From contig CAWCAG010000005.1 of assembly GCA_963793425.1 (NCBI GenBank), positions 992,001-1,056,000 on the forward strand: a stretch of 64,000 nt of DNA, read 5' to 3'. A program made the position numbers and the translations under genes. Shown in pieces: positions 1-10,360 of this stretch; the first letter of the stretch is position 1, and each line of letters begins with the position of its first letter. Below the pieces are notes generated by a model. The model did no database searches and was not told the origin of the DNA. It saw nothing but the letters and a program-made list of their open reading frames with translations. This DNA comes from an uncultured cyanobacterium. GTDB taxonomy: Bacteria > Cyanobacteriota > Cyanobacteriia > Cyanobacteriales > CAWCAG01.

Positions 1-341
1 TCAGCAGCAGTGCGGTTGCGATTATCTGTCAAAGCTTCAATAAGTATCGCTACTCCCCCTGATCCATAACCTTCATAGCGAATTTCCTCTAACTTATCTT
101 CATCACTACCCCAGGTTCCTGCACCTTTAGCGATCGCGCGATTAATATTATCATTAGGTATTCCTGCCGCCTTCGCCTTCTCAATGGCAGTACGCAGTTG
201 AAAATTACCTTCTGGATCTGCTACTCCATTACGTGCTGCAACAATAATCGCCCTGGATAACTGAGTAAAAGTTTTACCCTTTTTCGCATCAACCCTCGCT
301 TTTTGACGCTTAATATTCGCCCACTTACTATGACCAGCCAT
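1..341 (-). CDS. yebC: YebC/PmpR family protein (5' part; runs off window)
   Basis: Manual translation from ATG at 341: [37 protein letters not shown]...YEGYG, the YebC signature. Confidence 0.93.
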   Translation of the reverse strand, partial: MAGHSKWANIKRQKARVDAKKGKTFTQLSRAIIVAARNGVADPEGNFQLRTAIEKAKAAGIPNDNINRAIAKGAGTWGSDEDKLEEIRYEGYGSGGVAILIEALTDNRNRTAA

Positions 342-394
342 TTTTTCAGTTATCAGTTATCAATGATCACGTCTTGAAGTTTCTTTGTTTCTTT

Positions 395-1423
395 TTAATG
401 AGCGAGGGCGTAAGAAACTGACCCCAACAACCCTACTTGAGGGTTTAAAACTATATGTACAGGAATTTGTTCAATAGCAGCACTAACTCTTCCTTTATGT
501 TTAAAAGCTTCTAGGAAAAGACTTGACTCCATCAACGGCATAATTTTAGCAGCAATGCCCCCGGCAATATAAATCCCTCCATAGGGAAGAAGTTTGAGGG
601 CAAGATTGCCCGCTTCTGCACCATAGGCAGAAATGAACAAAGTCATGGTCTTTTCACAGAGGGAATCGCTCTTTTTCATCGCAGCAATAGCAATAGTTGC
701 TGCCGGATCTATATTCTTCGGTAGCTGTTTACCCTGTTCCCAAGCCTGAATCACCCTGGCTATTTCCGGGGTTTCAGAAACAAATTTTTGATCGCGGAGA
801 AACTGATAGATAGCGACAATCCCTTGACCTGATACTACTCGCTCCACAGATACCCGGTCAAGATGATATTTCTCTTGTAGGTAGCTTAACAATTGAAACT
901 CTAACTGAGAACGAGGGGCAAAATCTGTATGCCCTCCTTCGGTAGGAAAAATTTGCGCCCCCGAACTGTTCGGGATTAAAAAAGCTTCTCCTAACCCCGT
1001 ACCTGCACCAATAATACCAATGGGAGCATTTTCTTGGGGCTTTCCTGGTTGTAAGGTCTTGATCTGCCCTAAATCTAAACCCAAAATGCCATAACTAACT
1101 GCTGCAAAATCATTAATCAAGGTTACAGATTCAATGCCTAAATCTTCAGCTAACCTGTAGCTATCAAGATACCAATTAAGATTAGTTAAGTTAGAAGTAT
1201 TGTTCAAAACCGGACCAGCAATGGCAAAACAAGCTTTTTGGGGTAACTTCTGCTTTTGGGTAGTCTGCCAAAACTCCTTAACTATGGGTACAAGATCAGG
1301 ATAATCTGCGCTCACATAATTAGCCTCAGCAAGGGTTTGAAAAGACTTCTTTTCCTCCTTTACTTCCACCAATCGCAGAATAGTCTTAGTCCCGCCAATA
1401 TCTCCAGCTATGATTAAGGTCAT
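395..1423 (-). CDS. glk: Glucokinase
   Basis: Motifs AGDIGGTKT, INDFAA, GAGTGLG, TEGGH, ERVVSG. Confidence 0.95.
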   Translation of the reverse strand: MTLIIAGDIGGTKTILRLVEVKEEKKSFQTLAEANYVSADYPDLVPIVKEFWQTTQKQKLPQKACFAIAGPVLNNTSNLTNLNWYLDSYRLAEDLGIESVTLINDFAAVSYGILGLDLGQIKTLQPGKPQENAPIGIIGAGTGLGEAFLIPNSSGAQIFPTEGGHTDFAPRSQLEFQLLSYLQEKYHLDRVSVERVVSGQGIVAIYQFLRDQKFVSETPEIARVIQAWEQGKQLPKNIDPAATIAIAAMKKSDSLCEKTMTLFISAYGAEAGNLALKLLPYGGIYIAGGIAAKIMPLMESSLFLEAFKHKGRVSAAIEQIPVHIVLNPQVGLLGSVSYALAH

Positions 1424-1443
1424 GTGATCAAAACAACTAAAAA

Positions 1444-2082
1444 TTAATTAAACCGAACCTTAGATTCCGTCGAACTGAGATGAGAAGTATCTCCATTGAG
1501 TTCCAAATGCCAATTTTCATTTTGACGTACTAGCTTAACTAAGCAACATAAGCTAGCATTAATGAAAGGACTACCACCAACTAAACCTGCGGTGGTTCCG
1601 CAAACAGAAGCACCGTGACCAACAAAAAGAAGATCCTGAGTAAACTCCTCTACTAGGATTCTGGCTGTTGCTCCAGTGCGTTCCCCTAGCTCCTCGATAG
1701 TTTCCGGATATTTAGGAATCACGCGAGAAGTATAACTCAAGTCAAGACGAGGAAAATGTTTTTTCAAGACTTGCAGAGCTAGAGTTTCTGGTTTAGCTCT
1801 CATCCATTCTGGATTTAGCCACTCACTAAGTCCCGCTTCCAGTTTCAGGGGCAAATCCAAAATTTCTGCGACAGGAGCCGCTGTTTGTAATGTTCTCAAA
1901 AAAGGAGAACAAAATACGTGGCTAATCTTTTCCGATTTGAGTCTTTGTCCCAATTCTTGAGCCTGGACTAAGCCATCCTCAGAAAGAGGAGGATCATAAG
2001 GGCGCTCTGCGGTATTAAACCAATCAGGGTTAACAAAGTCAAGACGATTTCCGTGTCTAGCAATCCAAATAGTTTGGTTCAT
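1444..2082 (-). CDS. Histidine phosphatase (phosphoglycerate mutase-like) family protein
   Basis: ARHG catalytic motif, SPFLRT, VGHG. Confidence 0.88.
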   Translation of the reverse strand: MNQTIWIARHGNRLDFVNPDWFNTAERPYDPPLSEDGLVQAQELGQRLKSEKISHVFCSPFLRTLQTAAPVAEILDLPLKLEAGLSEWLNPEWMRAKPETLALQVLKKHFPRLDLSYTSRVIPKYPETIEELGERTGATARILVEEFTQDLLFVGHGASVCGTTAGLVGGSPFINASLCCLVKLVRQNENWHLELNGDTSHLSSTESKVRFN

Positions 2083-2356
2083 ATTAATTCCCTATTCAAA
2101 AGATGAGTATTTTTTGCTTATTTTGTTGCCCAGAATGCAGTTGTTCTGGCTCAAGTTGGGTAATCTAACTTTGAACTTTGGAGGTTAGCTAACTAATTTT
2201 CCTCTCATCAACCCTCAGTCCTATGTTTCAAAACCTATGCAAGGCAACTCATCTGCACCTAAAATTGGCAAAGGTTTTGCTCTCGAAGGTAAATCTTCCT
2301 TTTGGAAGATACTTAAAAGATTAAGATCCCACCTAAGAAACTTTTTTAAAGCCTCA

Positions 2357-2378
2357 TAAATGTTACAATATTTAATAC
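2357..2378. promoter_or_regulatory. Possible HLR1 (RpaB) site upstream of the group-2 sigma gene
   Basis: Minus strand reads ATTAAATA-TT-GTAACATT, a degenerate match to the (G/T)TTACA(T/A)(T/A) direct repeat; HLR1 control of sigD/rpoD3 is known in cyanobacteria. Confidence 0.3.
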
Positions 2379-2667
2379 TAAATCAGAAATATTCTTCAAG
2401 TAGACTGTAGCTATTGTTTCATAGCACTTCAGGGCTAGTTCCGCAACCGAGAAAAGACAACCAGTATCCCTAGCTAGATTTATGTTATTTTTCTACCCAT
2501 GGCTAATTTCCTTCAGCTAGACCGCTATTATCAACTGGCTGCAATATAAATACACCAATTTCTCATCAATAATACAAATTATTTTCTGCCACTGTTTTGG
2601 AAAACAGAGTTCAGCATCTGGTTTCCTTTGTCTATCCCTAGTCATCAGCCCACCAAAACCAGCAACC

Positions 2668-3624
2668 ATGAAAAAATCTCAGACTTCTACGGACTTAGTG
2701 CGGACTTACTTAAGAGAAATCGGTCGCGTACCTTTGCTAACTCACGAAGAAGAAATTCTTTACGCGAAGCAAGTACAAAAACTGATCGCCCTAGAGAAAG
2801 CCAAGAATGACCTAGAACAAACTCAAGAGGAAGAACCTACTTTTCGCCAATGGGCAGAAGCGGCAGGTTTGAGCGAAGCCAAATTGCGCTCAGAAATTCA
2901 GGCTGGAGAAACAGCCAAGCGCAAAATGGTGGAAGCAAATCTACGCTTAGTCGTATCTGTGGCCAAAAAATATATCAAGCGCAATCTTGATCTATTAGAT
3001 TTAATTCAAGAAGGAACTATCGGTATGCAGCGAGGGGTGGAGAAATTTGACCCCAGCAAAGGGTATCGCTTCTCTACCTATGCTTACTGGTGGATTCGCC
3101 AAGCAATTACCAGGGCGATCGCCGAAAAAAGCCGGACTATCCGCCTACCTATTCACATAACCGAAAAACTCAACAAAATCAAAAAAGCCCAAAGAAAGCT
3201 TTCGCAAAACTTAGGCCGTGCGGCTACAGCAGTGGAGTTGGCTGAAGAATTAGAATTAACCGCTAAACAAGTGCGGGACTACCTAGCCAAAGGTCGCCAG
3301 CCCCTCTCCTTAGATTTGCGAGTTGGTGACAACCAGGATACAGAATTACTAGAACTTTTAGAAGATAGCGGCCCTTCTCCGGAAGACTATGCTAACCAAT
3401 CTTCTTTAAAACAGGATTTGGAGCGCTTAATGGCAGATTTAACTCCCCAGCAACGGGAAGTACTCACCCTACGCTTTGGCCTCACGGACGAAAAGCCTTT
3501 AACCTTAGCGAAAATTGGTACTCTGCTTAATATCAGTCGTGAAAGAGTACGCCAAATTGAAAGGGAGGCACTTTCTAAGCTGCGTAAGCATAAAGGGACA
3601 ATGCGGGAGTATTTGGCTAGTTAA
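2668..3624 (+). CDS. sigD: Group 2 RNA polymerase sigma factor (SigD-like)
   Basis: [54 protein letters not shown]; lacks region 1.1. Confidence 0.85.
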   Translation: MKKSQTSTDLVRTYLREIGRVPLLTHEEEILYAKQVQKLIALEKAKNDLEQTQEEEPTFRQWAEAAGLSEAKLRSEIQAGETAKRKMVEANLRLVVSVAKKYIKRNLDLLDLIQEGTIGMQRGVEKFDPSKGYRFSTYAYWWIRQAITRAIAEKSRTIRLPIHITEKLNKIKKAQRKLSQNLGRAATAVELAEELELTAKQVRDYLAKGRQPLSLDLRVGDNQDTELLELLEDSGPSPEDYANQSSLKQDLERLMADLTPQQREVLTLRFGLTDEKPLTLAKIGTLLNISRERVRQIEREALSKLRKHKGTMREYLAS

Positions 3625-3656
3625 ACTGCTGTCGTTACAGAAACTAAAAATTAGGA

Positions 3657-3714
3657 GGGCGGGTTTATTTAGTTTAATGTTAATCTCACAATTAGACTCA
3701 AAACCCGCCCCTAC
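3657..3714. repeat. REP-like inverted repeat (possible terminator) after the sigma gene
   Basis: GGGCGGGTTT ... AAACCCGCCC followed by CTAC (GTAG-type foot). Confidence 0.65.
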
Positions 3715-3925
3715 TATTGCAACACTTTAGGCTGATCACCCCGCTACCTCCAACCTCAAAAATGCCCAGTAGCGTAATCCGATATTAATGGTTCGGTTAA
3801 TCAGATCCTCAATAAGTAAAAAAGTTGTTACATTGTTTAGCAAGACTTTCTCATAGGAAATTAATCGAGCGAGTTAAATAAGCTCTTCGGAGTTTATCTA
3901 AAACTCAAGCTCTAGGAGATAAAGT

Positions 3926-4270
3926 ATGAGCAACGAATATCAATCCAAACACGAATTTTTTAGCAGCGAAGATATTAATGGCGAAGGGCTTTGGAAATAT
4001 GTTCAAGCCTTGAGTCCAGAAGCGATCGCACAACTTTCTAAGCCCCAATCATCTGAAGTATTTGGTGTAATGGAGAAAAACATCGTCGGTTTGTTAGGTT
4101 CGCTACCTTCAGAAGAATTCAATGTCAACATTGTCAGTAGCCGAGAACATCTAGGACGCTTGTTAGCTTCAGCAATGATGAGTGGTTATTTTCTACGGAA
4201 TGCAGAACAGCGTCTAGGATTTGAAAAGTCTTTACAAGCTGTAGAAACAGTTACTCCAGATGAGGAATAA
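3926..4270 (+). CDS. DUF760 family protein
   Basis: LLGSLP, HLGRLLASAMMSGYFLRNAEQRL. Confidence 0.85.
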   Translation: MSNEYQSKHEFFSSEDINGEGLWKYVQALSPEAIAQLSKPQSSEVFGVMEKNIVGLLGSLPSEEFNVNIVSSREHLGRLLASAMMSGYFLRNAEQRLGFEKSLQAVETVTPDEE

Positions 4271-4380
4271 TCTTCAGTAGCTGTAGCTAGAAAACGGTTC
4301 GTCGTTTATTCGGTGTTGGTTCATTTTCCTGAATAATTAAGAGGTTGAATCTTAAAATATCAGCCATCAAGGAATTATTC

Positions 4381-4791
4381 ATGGAAAGAAATTTGCTCCA
4401 AAAACGTATTGGTGTCGCAGTTATCACCAATAATCAAGGAGAAATTTTAATTGACCGCAGACCTAGAGATGCTGAGATGGGGGGATTGTGGGAATTTCCA
4501 GGGGGCAAAGTAGAACCTTCTGAAACCGTTGAAGAATGTATTAAAAGAGAAATAAAAGAAGAATTAGCCCTTGATATTGAAGTGGGGCAGCACTTAATTA
4601 GCGTTAACTACACCTATCCCCAAGTCCACATTTCCTTAATCGTCCATTATTGCCGTCACCAAGGAGGAGATCTCCAACCCTTAGCTTCTCAAGAAGTACG
4701 TTGGGTTTCTCTAACTGAAATTACCAACTTTGAGTTTCCAGAAGCTAATCAGCAAATAATTGCAGCTTTGCAGCAAGGTAATAGGAAATAG
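4381..4791 (+). CDS. mutT: 8-oxo-dGTP diphosphatase (Nudix)
   Basis: WEFPGGKVEPSETVEECIKREIKEEL Nudix box; ATG at 4381 preferred over the TTG at 4345. Confidence 0.88.
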   Translation: MERNLLQKRIGVAVITNNQGEILIDRRPRDAEMGGLWEFPGGKVEPSETVEECIKREIKEELALDIEVGQHLISVNYTYPQVHISLIVHYCRHQGGDLQPLASQEVRWVSLTEITNFEFPEANQQIIAALQQGNRK

Positions 4792-4853
4792 GCAGCCAGA
4801 ACGGTATTATTGTTGACAAATGAACAATGTTTAATCATAAATGATCTAAGCTT

Positions 4854-5519
4854 ATGAGTATTACTCCTGAGTCCGTACAAAAACTACTTGATTCCGATGA
4901 TTATGGGGATCGCCTCAGAGGAGTAAATCAATTGCGCCAACTACAAAAAGATACCGCTTTTAAGATGGTGCAGCCTCTACTAGAAGACCAAAATGCTAGG
5001 GTTCGCTACTCTGCTGTTAGTCAGTTTGATACATTAGGAACTCAAGACTTACAAACTTCCTTAGAATTATTGCGCGATCGCCTGCTTCATGATAGCGAAG
5101 CAGATGTACAAGCAGCAGCAGCAGATGCTTTGGGGGCTTTGAAAATCCCAGAGGCTTTTGAAGATTTAGCAAAACTCTACCACAGCACTTCTGAATGGCT
5201 GATTCAATTTAGTATCATTGCTACTTTAGGAGAAATGGGAGATTCAAGGGGTTTTGAACTGTTAAAAGAAGCCTTAGCTTCTGGCAACAACCTTCTGCAA
5301 ACAGCAGCTATCGGTTCTTTTGGCGAATTGAAAGATCCTCGTGCTGTAACTCTATTAACCCCCTATGGCGACAATCCTGACTGGCAAATACGCTACCGTT
5401 TAGTTCAAGCTTTAGCAAACATTGGCGGAGATGAAGCCCAAGCAACTATAGAAAAGCTAACAGAGGATGAAGTAGAACAAGTTGCCGAAGAAGCAAAAAG
5501 ACACTCAGAAGCCTCTTAA
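4854..5519 (+). CDS. nblB: HEAT-repeat phycobilisome degradation protein NblB-like
   Basis: HEAT repeats (RVRYSAVSQ, DVQAAAADALG, DWQIRYRLVQAL) and MSITPESV N-terminus. Confidence 0.75.
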   Translation: MSITPESVQKLLDSDDYGDRLRGVNQLRQLQKDTAFKMVQPLLEDQNARVRYSAVSQFDTLGTQDLQTSLELLRDRLLHDSEADVQAAAADALGALKIPEAFEDLAKLYHSTSEWLIQFSIIATLGEMGDSRGFELLKEALASGNNLLQTAAIGSFGELKDPRAVTLLTPYGDNPDWQIRYRLVQALANIGGDEAQATIEKLTEDEVEQVAEEAKRHSEAS

Positions 5520-5567
5520 ATGGTAGTTTAGTCAAACTTATCACTAACTCTACTACTGTGCTGCTTC

Positions 5568-6155
5568 TTAGATCTTAATGGAGCTAGGTTCACTCACCGT
5601 AGCAATAATTTGGTTGCAACCAGAATAGGGACGGGCCCAGTCGTAACGGTGTTTTTCTGGGTTTCCCCAACACAAACCGAGGTAAATTTCTGTCCTCGCC
5701 GCATTAATTTCGGCCCATTCTGCCTGTTGAATTAGTTCTCTTAAAAACTCAGGAGTAATACGTCGGCGCTCTTTCGTTGCTAACCAAAAATTCAAACCTT
5801 CAGTAACTTGTCCCCAAAAATCTAAAATGGCCTCTTTCGCTGCGGTAAGGATTTGTTTATCTCCTGGTATAGCAATTAATTCATTATGTAGTTCAGGAAA
5901 TTTCACAGACTTACCTTTAAATTGAGAAACCCGCCAGATGATGCCAGAAACGTGATTCTCTGTTTGATATTCATGAATCTGGGCGCGAAAATCTCGATAA
6001 GCAAAAACTTTGCTAACTTTTTTGGGATCTAGGGCTTTAGAAACCACAGGATCATCAATCCTCTTTTGCCAAGATAATAAAACTCTTTCTCCTTTCCAAT
6101 TAGCTCGGAGTTCTTGCTCTAAAATCTGAATCAGTTGTTCTGTAGTGTAGGTCAT
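5568..6155 (-). CDS. Hypothetical protein
   Basis: 195 aa ORF with ATG start; no recognised motif. Confidence 0.7.
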   Translation of the reverse strand: MTYTTEQLIQILEQELRANWKGERVLLSWQKRIDDPVVSKALDPKKVSKVFAYRDFRAQIHEYQTENHVSGIIWRVSQFKGKSVKFPELHNELIAIPGDKQILTAAKEAILDFWGQVTEGLNFWLATKERRRITPEFLRELIQQAEWAEINAARTEIYLGLCWGNPEKHRYDWARPYSGCNQIIATVSEPSSIKI

Positions 6156-6480
6156 AGGCTTGAGAATTAACCCTTAATCTTAAACCATTTTGCAGAAACA
6201 AAAATTTGTCCCTTTGACTTACTAGAAAGTAGACAATCTATGAACGATTCGTCTTTTGTCAAGATAGCATCATCTAAATCAACAAATTTCTAGGCAGCTA
6301 ACCAACAAAATTAATGTCATGAAGGAAGCTGATAATCTTAACCCTGACAGACTATTAAGCAACTTCTTTAGTTATTGTAACCAACTAAAACAGTAGTGTA
6401 TCTTCATCCCCTGTATAGTCATTTAAAGTACCGCAAATAGTTACAATAACCGATTAGTTGTTTTTCAGGGTTAAAGATAT

Positions 6481-7682
6481 ATGAGTCGTGCTAACAAAGT
6501 CATACTTGCTTATTCTGGTGGCGTAGATACTTCTGTTTGTATTCCTTATCTCAAGAAAGAATGGGGAGTTAAAGAGGTCATTACCTTAGCCGCAGATTTA
6601 GGGCAAGGAGAAGAATTAGGGCCAATTAAAGAAAAAGCCCTCACTTCAGGGGCTTCAAAATCATTAGTGGCCGATGCAACTACTGTTTTTATTAAAGATT
6701 ATGCTTTTCCCGCCCTCCAAGCCAATGCCCTCTACGAAAATCGCTATCCCCTTTCTACTGCTTTAGCTCGTCCTTTAATTGCTAAACTTTTAGTTGATGC
6801 GGCTAAAGAACATGGGGCGGATGCGGTAGTTCATGGTTGTACCGGAAAAGGTAATGATCAAGTTCGCTTTGATGTAGCCATCATGGCCCTCAACCCCGAA
6901 CTTAAGGTCTTGGCCCCGCTAGGGAATGGGGCATGAGTCGTGAGGAAACTATTGCTTATGGAGAGAAGTTTGGAATTCCTGCACCAGTCAAGAAATCTTC
7001 CCCTTATAGTATTGATCGTAACTTACTTGGCCGCAGCATTGAAGCTGGTCCTTTAGAAGATCCGATGACAGAAGCTGCTGAAGAAGTTTTTGTGATGACT
7101 AAGGCGATCGCCGATACTCCTGATCAGCCAGAATATGTAGAAATTGGTTTTGAAAGGGGACTTCCTGTAGCCATCAATGGTAAGGGACTTGATCCAGTAG
7201 CTTTGATTTCTCAACTTAACGAAATTGTTGGCAATCATGGCGTTGGGCGTATTGACATGATTGAAAATCGGGTGGTAGGGATTAAATCACGAGAGATTTA
7301 TGAAGTACCAGCACTTTCTGTCTTAATAGATGCCCATCGTGATTTAGAAAGTTTAACTTTAACCGCAGATGTTACTCAATATAAGCGTGGTATTGAAGAA
7401 ACCTATAGCCAACTTATTTACAAAGGCTTATGGTACTCTCCTTTAAAAGCGGCCCTAGATGCTTTTATCCAAGAAACTCAAGAACGGGTTTCTGGTACAG
7501 TTAGGGTTAAGTTATTTAAGGGTTCTGCTAGGGTAGTGGGTCGTAAATCAGATTATTCTATCTATTCCCCCGATTTAGCTACCTATGGGGCAGATGATCA
7601 GTTCGACCACAAAGCCGCAGAAGGGTTTATTTATATTTGGGGAATGTCTACTAAAGTTTGGGCAGAGAAGACTCGGAGTTAG
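6481..7682 (+). CDS. argG: Argininosuccinate synthase, frameshifted near 6913-6917 (assembly error or pseudogene)
   Basis: Two ORFs (AYSGGVDTS...[13 protein letters not shown], then [10 protein letters not shown]...KSREIYE). One extra C in GGCCCCGCT restores [13 protein letters not shown]. Confidence 0.92.
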
Positions 7683-7714
7683 GTAATAGGTAATAGGTAA
7701 TAGGTAATAGGTAA
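7680..7714. repeat. Heptamer tandem repeat (TAGGTAA)x5, STRR-like
   Basis: Directly visible between the convergent argG and phoD-like genes. Confidence 0.9.
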
Positions 7715-7729
7715 AGAAAATACTATCGC

Positions 7730-10261
7730 CTATTGCCTGTTCCCTTTTAAAACCTTGGGTAAATTAGGTGGTTTTGTGAATTTGAGAGAAACGAAATAGC
7801 GACTACTAACTAAACTACTAGGTCGCCAAGGAGGATGCCAGTAGGTGTCTTGCATAACCGCTTTGGCATCATCATCATCCTCTGACCATTGAACCTTAAC
7901 GACACTAAAATTGTTACGCCCCACGACTTCACGTCCTTCTTGTAACCAACGATTTCGCCAAAATACTGCTAGTAAGTTACCTAATAGTTTATTACCCAAA
8001 TTGAGGAGAGGATTTGGTAAAGGACGTTTTTCTAACCACCTTTTAATACCCGTTACTTTCTCGGCTTTAAGTCGAGGAATCCAGGCAATTTCATAACGCC
8101 AGTCTGGTAAGTATTGAGGATCTTTAACCGCTAGTTCCCAGGCTAGTTGCCAGTTACCTTGAGTAGAATTTATTTTGCGTAAAAATGGGCTGTCGCGGTC
8201 ATGGTTAATTATGTTGATCATGCTTATCTTTTCTGGAGTGATCACCACATCAACTAATTGAGGGCGTTCATTCCATCCTGCCCAAAATTCTGATTGTTCT
8301 GGAAACAGGGATTTAGCTTTAGTGTGGATGAGATAGGTGGCTACCTCAGCATTTTTAAAAGCACTGGAGGTTAATTGTACTAGAATCCCTGGGTTTTCTG
8401 GTGTAGGAGTTGTTGGTAAGGACGCTTGAAAAGGACGACGTGACCAATAATTAAGGCGTACAGCACAGCTATAATGAATATCTCCAGAAAGAACTATCAG
8501 GCGATCGCGATTTTGAAATAAAGTAGTTAATAGCTTACTAAAAGCAACTTGGTTAAAGTTCCAACTATCCCCCACGTCGTTATCAAATACCCGTTCCTGT
8601 TGTAAATAAAATTCCTGTACTTGGTCAATAACGTTTAAGCTAACTAAGTTAGTTGGGGCAACAATAAAAGTTAGTTTAACTTGGCATTCTTCCTGGGCTT
8701 TAAGTTGTTCTGTGTGGGTTAAAGGGTCTTGTAGCTGTTGAGTAAAAGCCGTAGGAGAGAGTAACATTGGCGGAGTTAAAGAACCCTGTTCTCCTAAAGG
8801 ATAGCCCCGCCAAGTACGGGTATCTAAAACAATGACTTCATGGCTAGTGCTTCTAATGGTGTAATGCCAGGTTAGGACGCTATTTTCCCCTTCAGTTTTG
8901 CGCCTTAAAATTAAAACATCTCCATCCCTTTGGAATTCAGCTAAACCCGATTCTGGATCTAATGGGGGGATGCCTAAATAAGCAGCAACTTGCTGCTTAA
9001 TTTCTTGATCTTTGCCCTGAGAAGCTGACCATTTTTGGGCAGCCTGTAAAAACTTCTCTCCCCTTTCTCCTAACTCAAACTGTTCCGGAGTATTGCCCCA
9101 GCCTTGAAACAAACCATAGGACAACATGGCATTTTGTACCGTTTGCCTACCGAGGGGACTGCTTAAAACACGATTACACCACTCTAAGTTAAGACACCAA
9201 TCATCACTAACATCATGGTCATCAAAAATCATGTAAGTCGGCACGTTAGCTAAAGCCCGTCTCACTTGCCAAAGATCCCTAGCAAATTCTTGAATAGCTT
9301 TAACTTCACTATCCCAGGTTTGGGCCTGTTGCGTATCTTTTGTAACTACGTTTCCCTTGGGAAAATCACTAGGCCAAATTACTGGCGACCAACATAGCAG
9401 ATACATCCCATAATATTCCCCTAAGCTAAAAAGGTGACTTTTCGCTTTGGCAGCGTAGCCATGTAGCATTCCGGTAAACCCAGCGTTAATTCTAGCGACT
9501 TCGGTACGTTGTCCTGGTTTGATTTGCTGGGGTTTTTGAAATTCATAATCTCCAGTTGGTAGCAATTTCATTGGTAAGTCTTCTTCCCAACCGAGGAGAC
9601 TATCTCCTAAATAAGATGATGCCCATAATAAAGGATCGGCAACATCATCGCCATAAATTTGATCTCCGGTGAGGAATAGTTGATGAATCCGATCATTAGG
9701 TGAATGGGCAGATTTTTCCAGCAACTTATCGAGAATGGGCAACATATCCCTTTCTCCACCATGAGGTTTGCGACAGGAACCATGAACGATTTTGAGGTGA
9801 TTTAAGTCTTCTGGAGGTAAGGTAAAGGTGGGTAGATTGTGATCGAAGTAGCTAAGGCTGATGTAGGGATCAAAGTTTGGCGCGTTTAAAGCTTGGGAGA
9901 GTGACTGAGGAGGAGAAAGGTTTGTTTGAACACCGGCAAATTCAAGATCGTAGCTATAGATGTAGCTAGGTTGAAGCTGAGAGTTATTGATGGGTTTGGC
10001 TGTGACGCAGACTAGATGGAGATTTTGACCTAATTGTATTGTGGTGCGATCGCCCCTCTGCACTAATTCTTGAATCTTTTTTCCCTGACCATTTTCTGTG
10101 GCATAGACTTTCAGGATAACCTGGCGTGGTTCTTTCAATACCACACAAATAGTAACTGCTTCCGGAACAGTTTTGCGTAATATTGGTCCAGCAAGAATTA
10201 ATGGTAGGCTTGACCAATTTCTAAAGTAGTCTGCGTATCCATCATGGTAGCTTTTTGACAT
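7730..10261 (-). CDS. PhoD-like metallophosphatase
   Basis: HGSCRKPHG, LTGDQIYGDD, IFDDHDV, LDTRTWR, LSGDIHY. Confidence 0.85.
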   Translation of the reverse strand: MSKSYHDGYADYFRNWSSLPLILAGPILRKTVPEAVTICVVLKEPRQVILKVYATENGQGKKIQELVQRGDRTTIQLGQNLHLVCVTAKPINNSQLQPSYIYSYDLEFAGVQTNLSPPQSLSQALNAPNFDPYISLSYFDHNLPTFTLPPEDLNHLKIVHGSCRKPHGGERDMLPILDKLLEKSAHSPNDRIHQLFLTGDQIYGDDVADPLLWASSYLGDSLLGWEEDLPMKLLPTGDYEFQKPQQIKPGQRTEVARINAGFTGMLHGYAAKAKSHLFSLGEYYGMYLLCWSPVIWPSDFPKGNVVTKDTQQAQTWDSEVKAIQEFARDLWQVRRALANVPTYMIFDDHDVSDDWCLNLEWCNRVLSSPLGRQTVQNAMLSYGLFQGWGNTPEQFELGERGEKFLQAAQKWSASQGKDQEIKQQVAAYLGIPPLDPESGLAEFQRDGDVLILRRKTEGENSVLTWHYTIRSTSHEVIVLDTRTWRGYPLGEQGSLTPPMLLSPTAFTQQLQDPLTHTEQLKAQEECQVKLTFIVAPTNLVSLNVIDQVQEFYLQQERVFDNDVGDSWNFNQVAFSKLLTTLFQNRDRLIVLSGDIHYSCAVRLNYWSRRPFQASLPTTPTPENPGILVQLTSSAFKNAEVATYLIHTKAKSLFPEQSEFWAGWNERPQLVDVVITPEKISMINIINHDRDSPFLRKINSTQGNWQLAWELAVKDPQYLPDWRYEIAWIPRLKAEKVTGIKRWLEKRPLPNPLLNLGNKLLGNLLAVFWRNRWLQEGREVVGRNNFSVVKVQWSEDDDDAKAVMQDTYWHPPWRPSSLVSSRYFVSLKFTKPPNLPKVLKGNRQ

Positions 10262-10360
10262 CTGTAGTCAGTCGGAGTTCTACTTTGAGTATAAAGTTAG
10301 GGAAGTATTCCTCTTTAAACCATGCCATAAAGATGCTGTACTGAACAAAATTTCCTGTAT

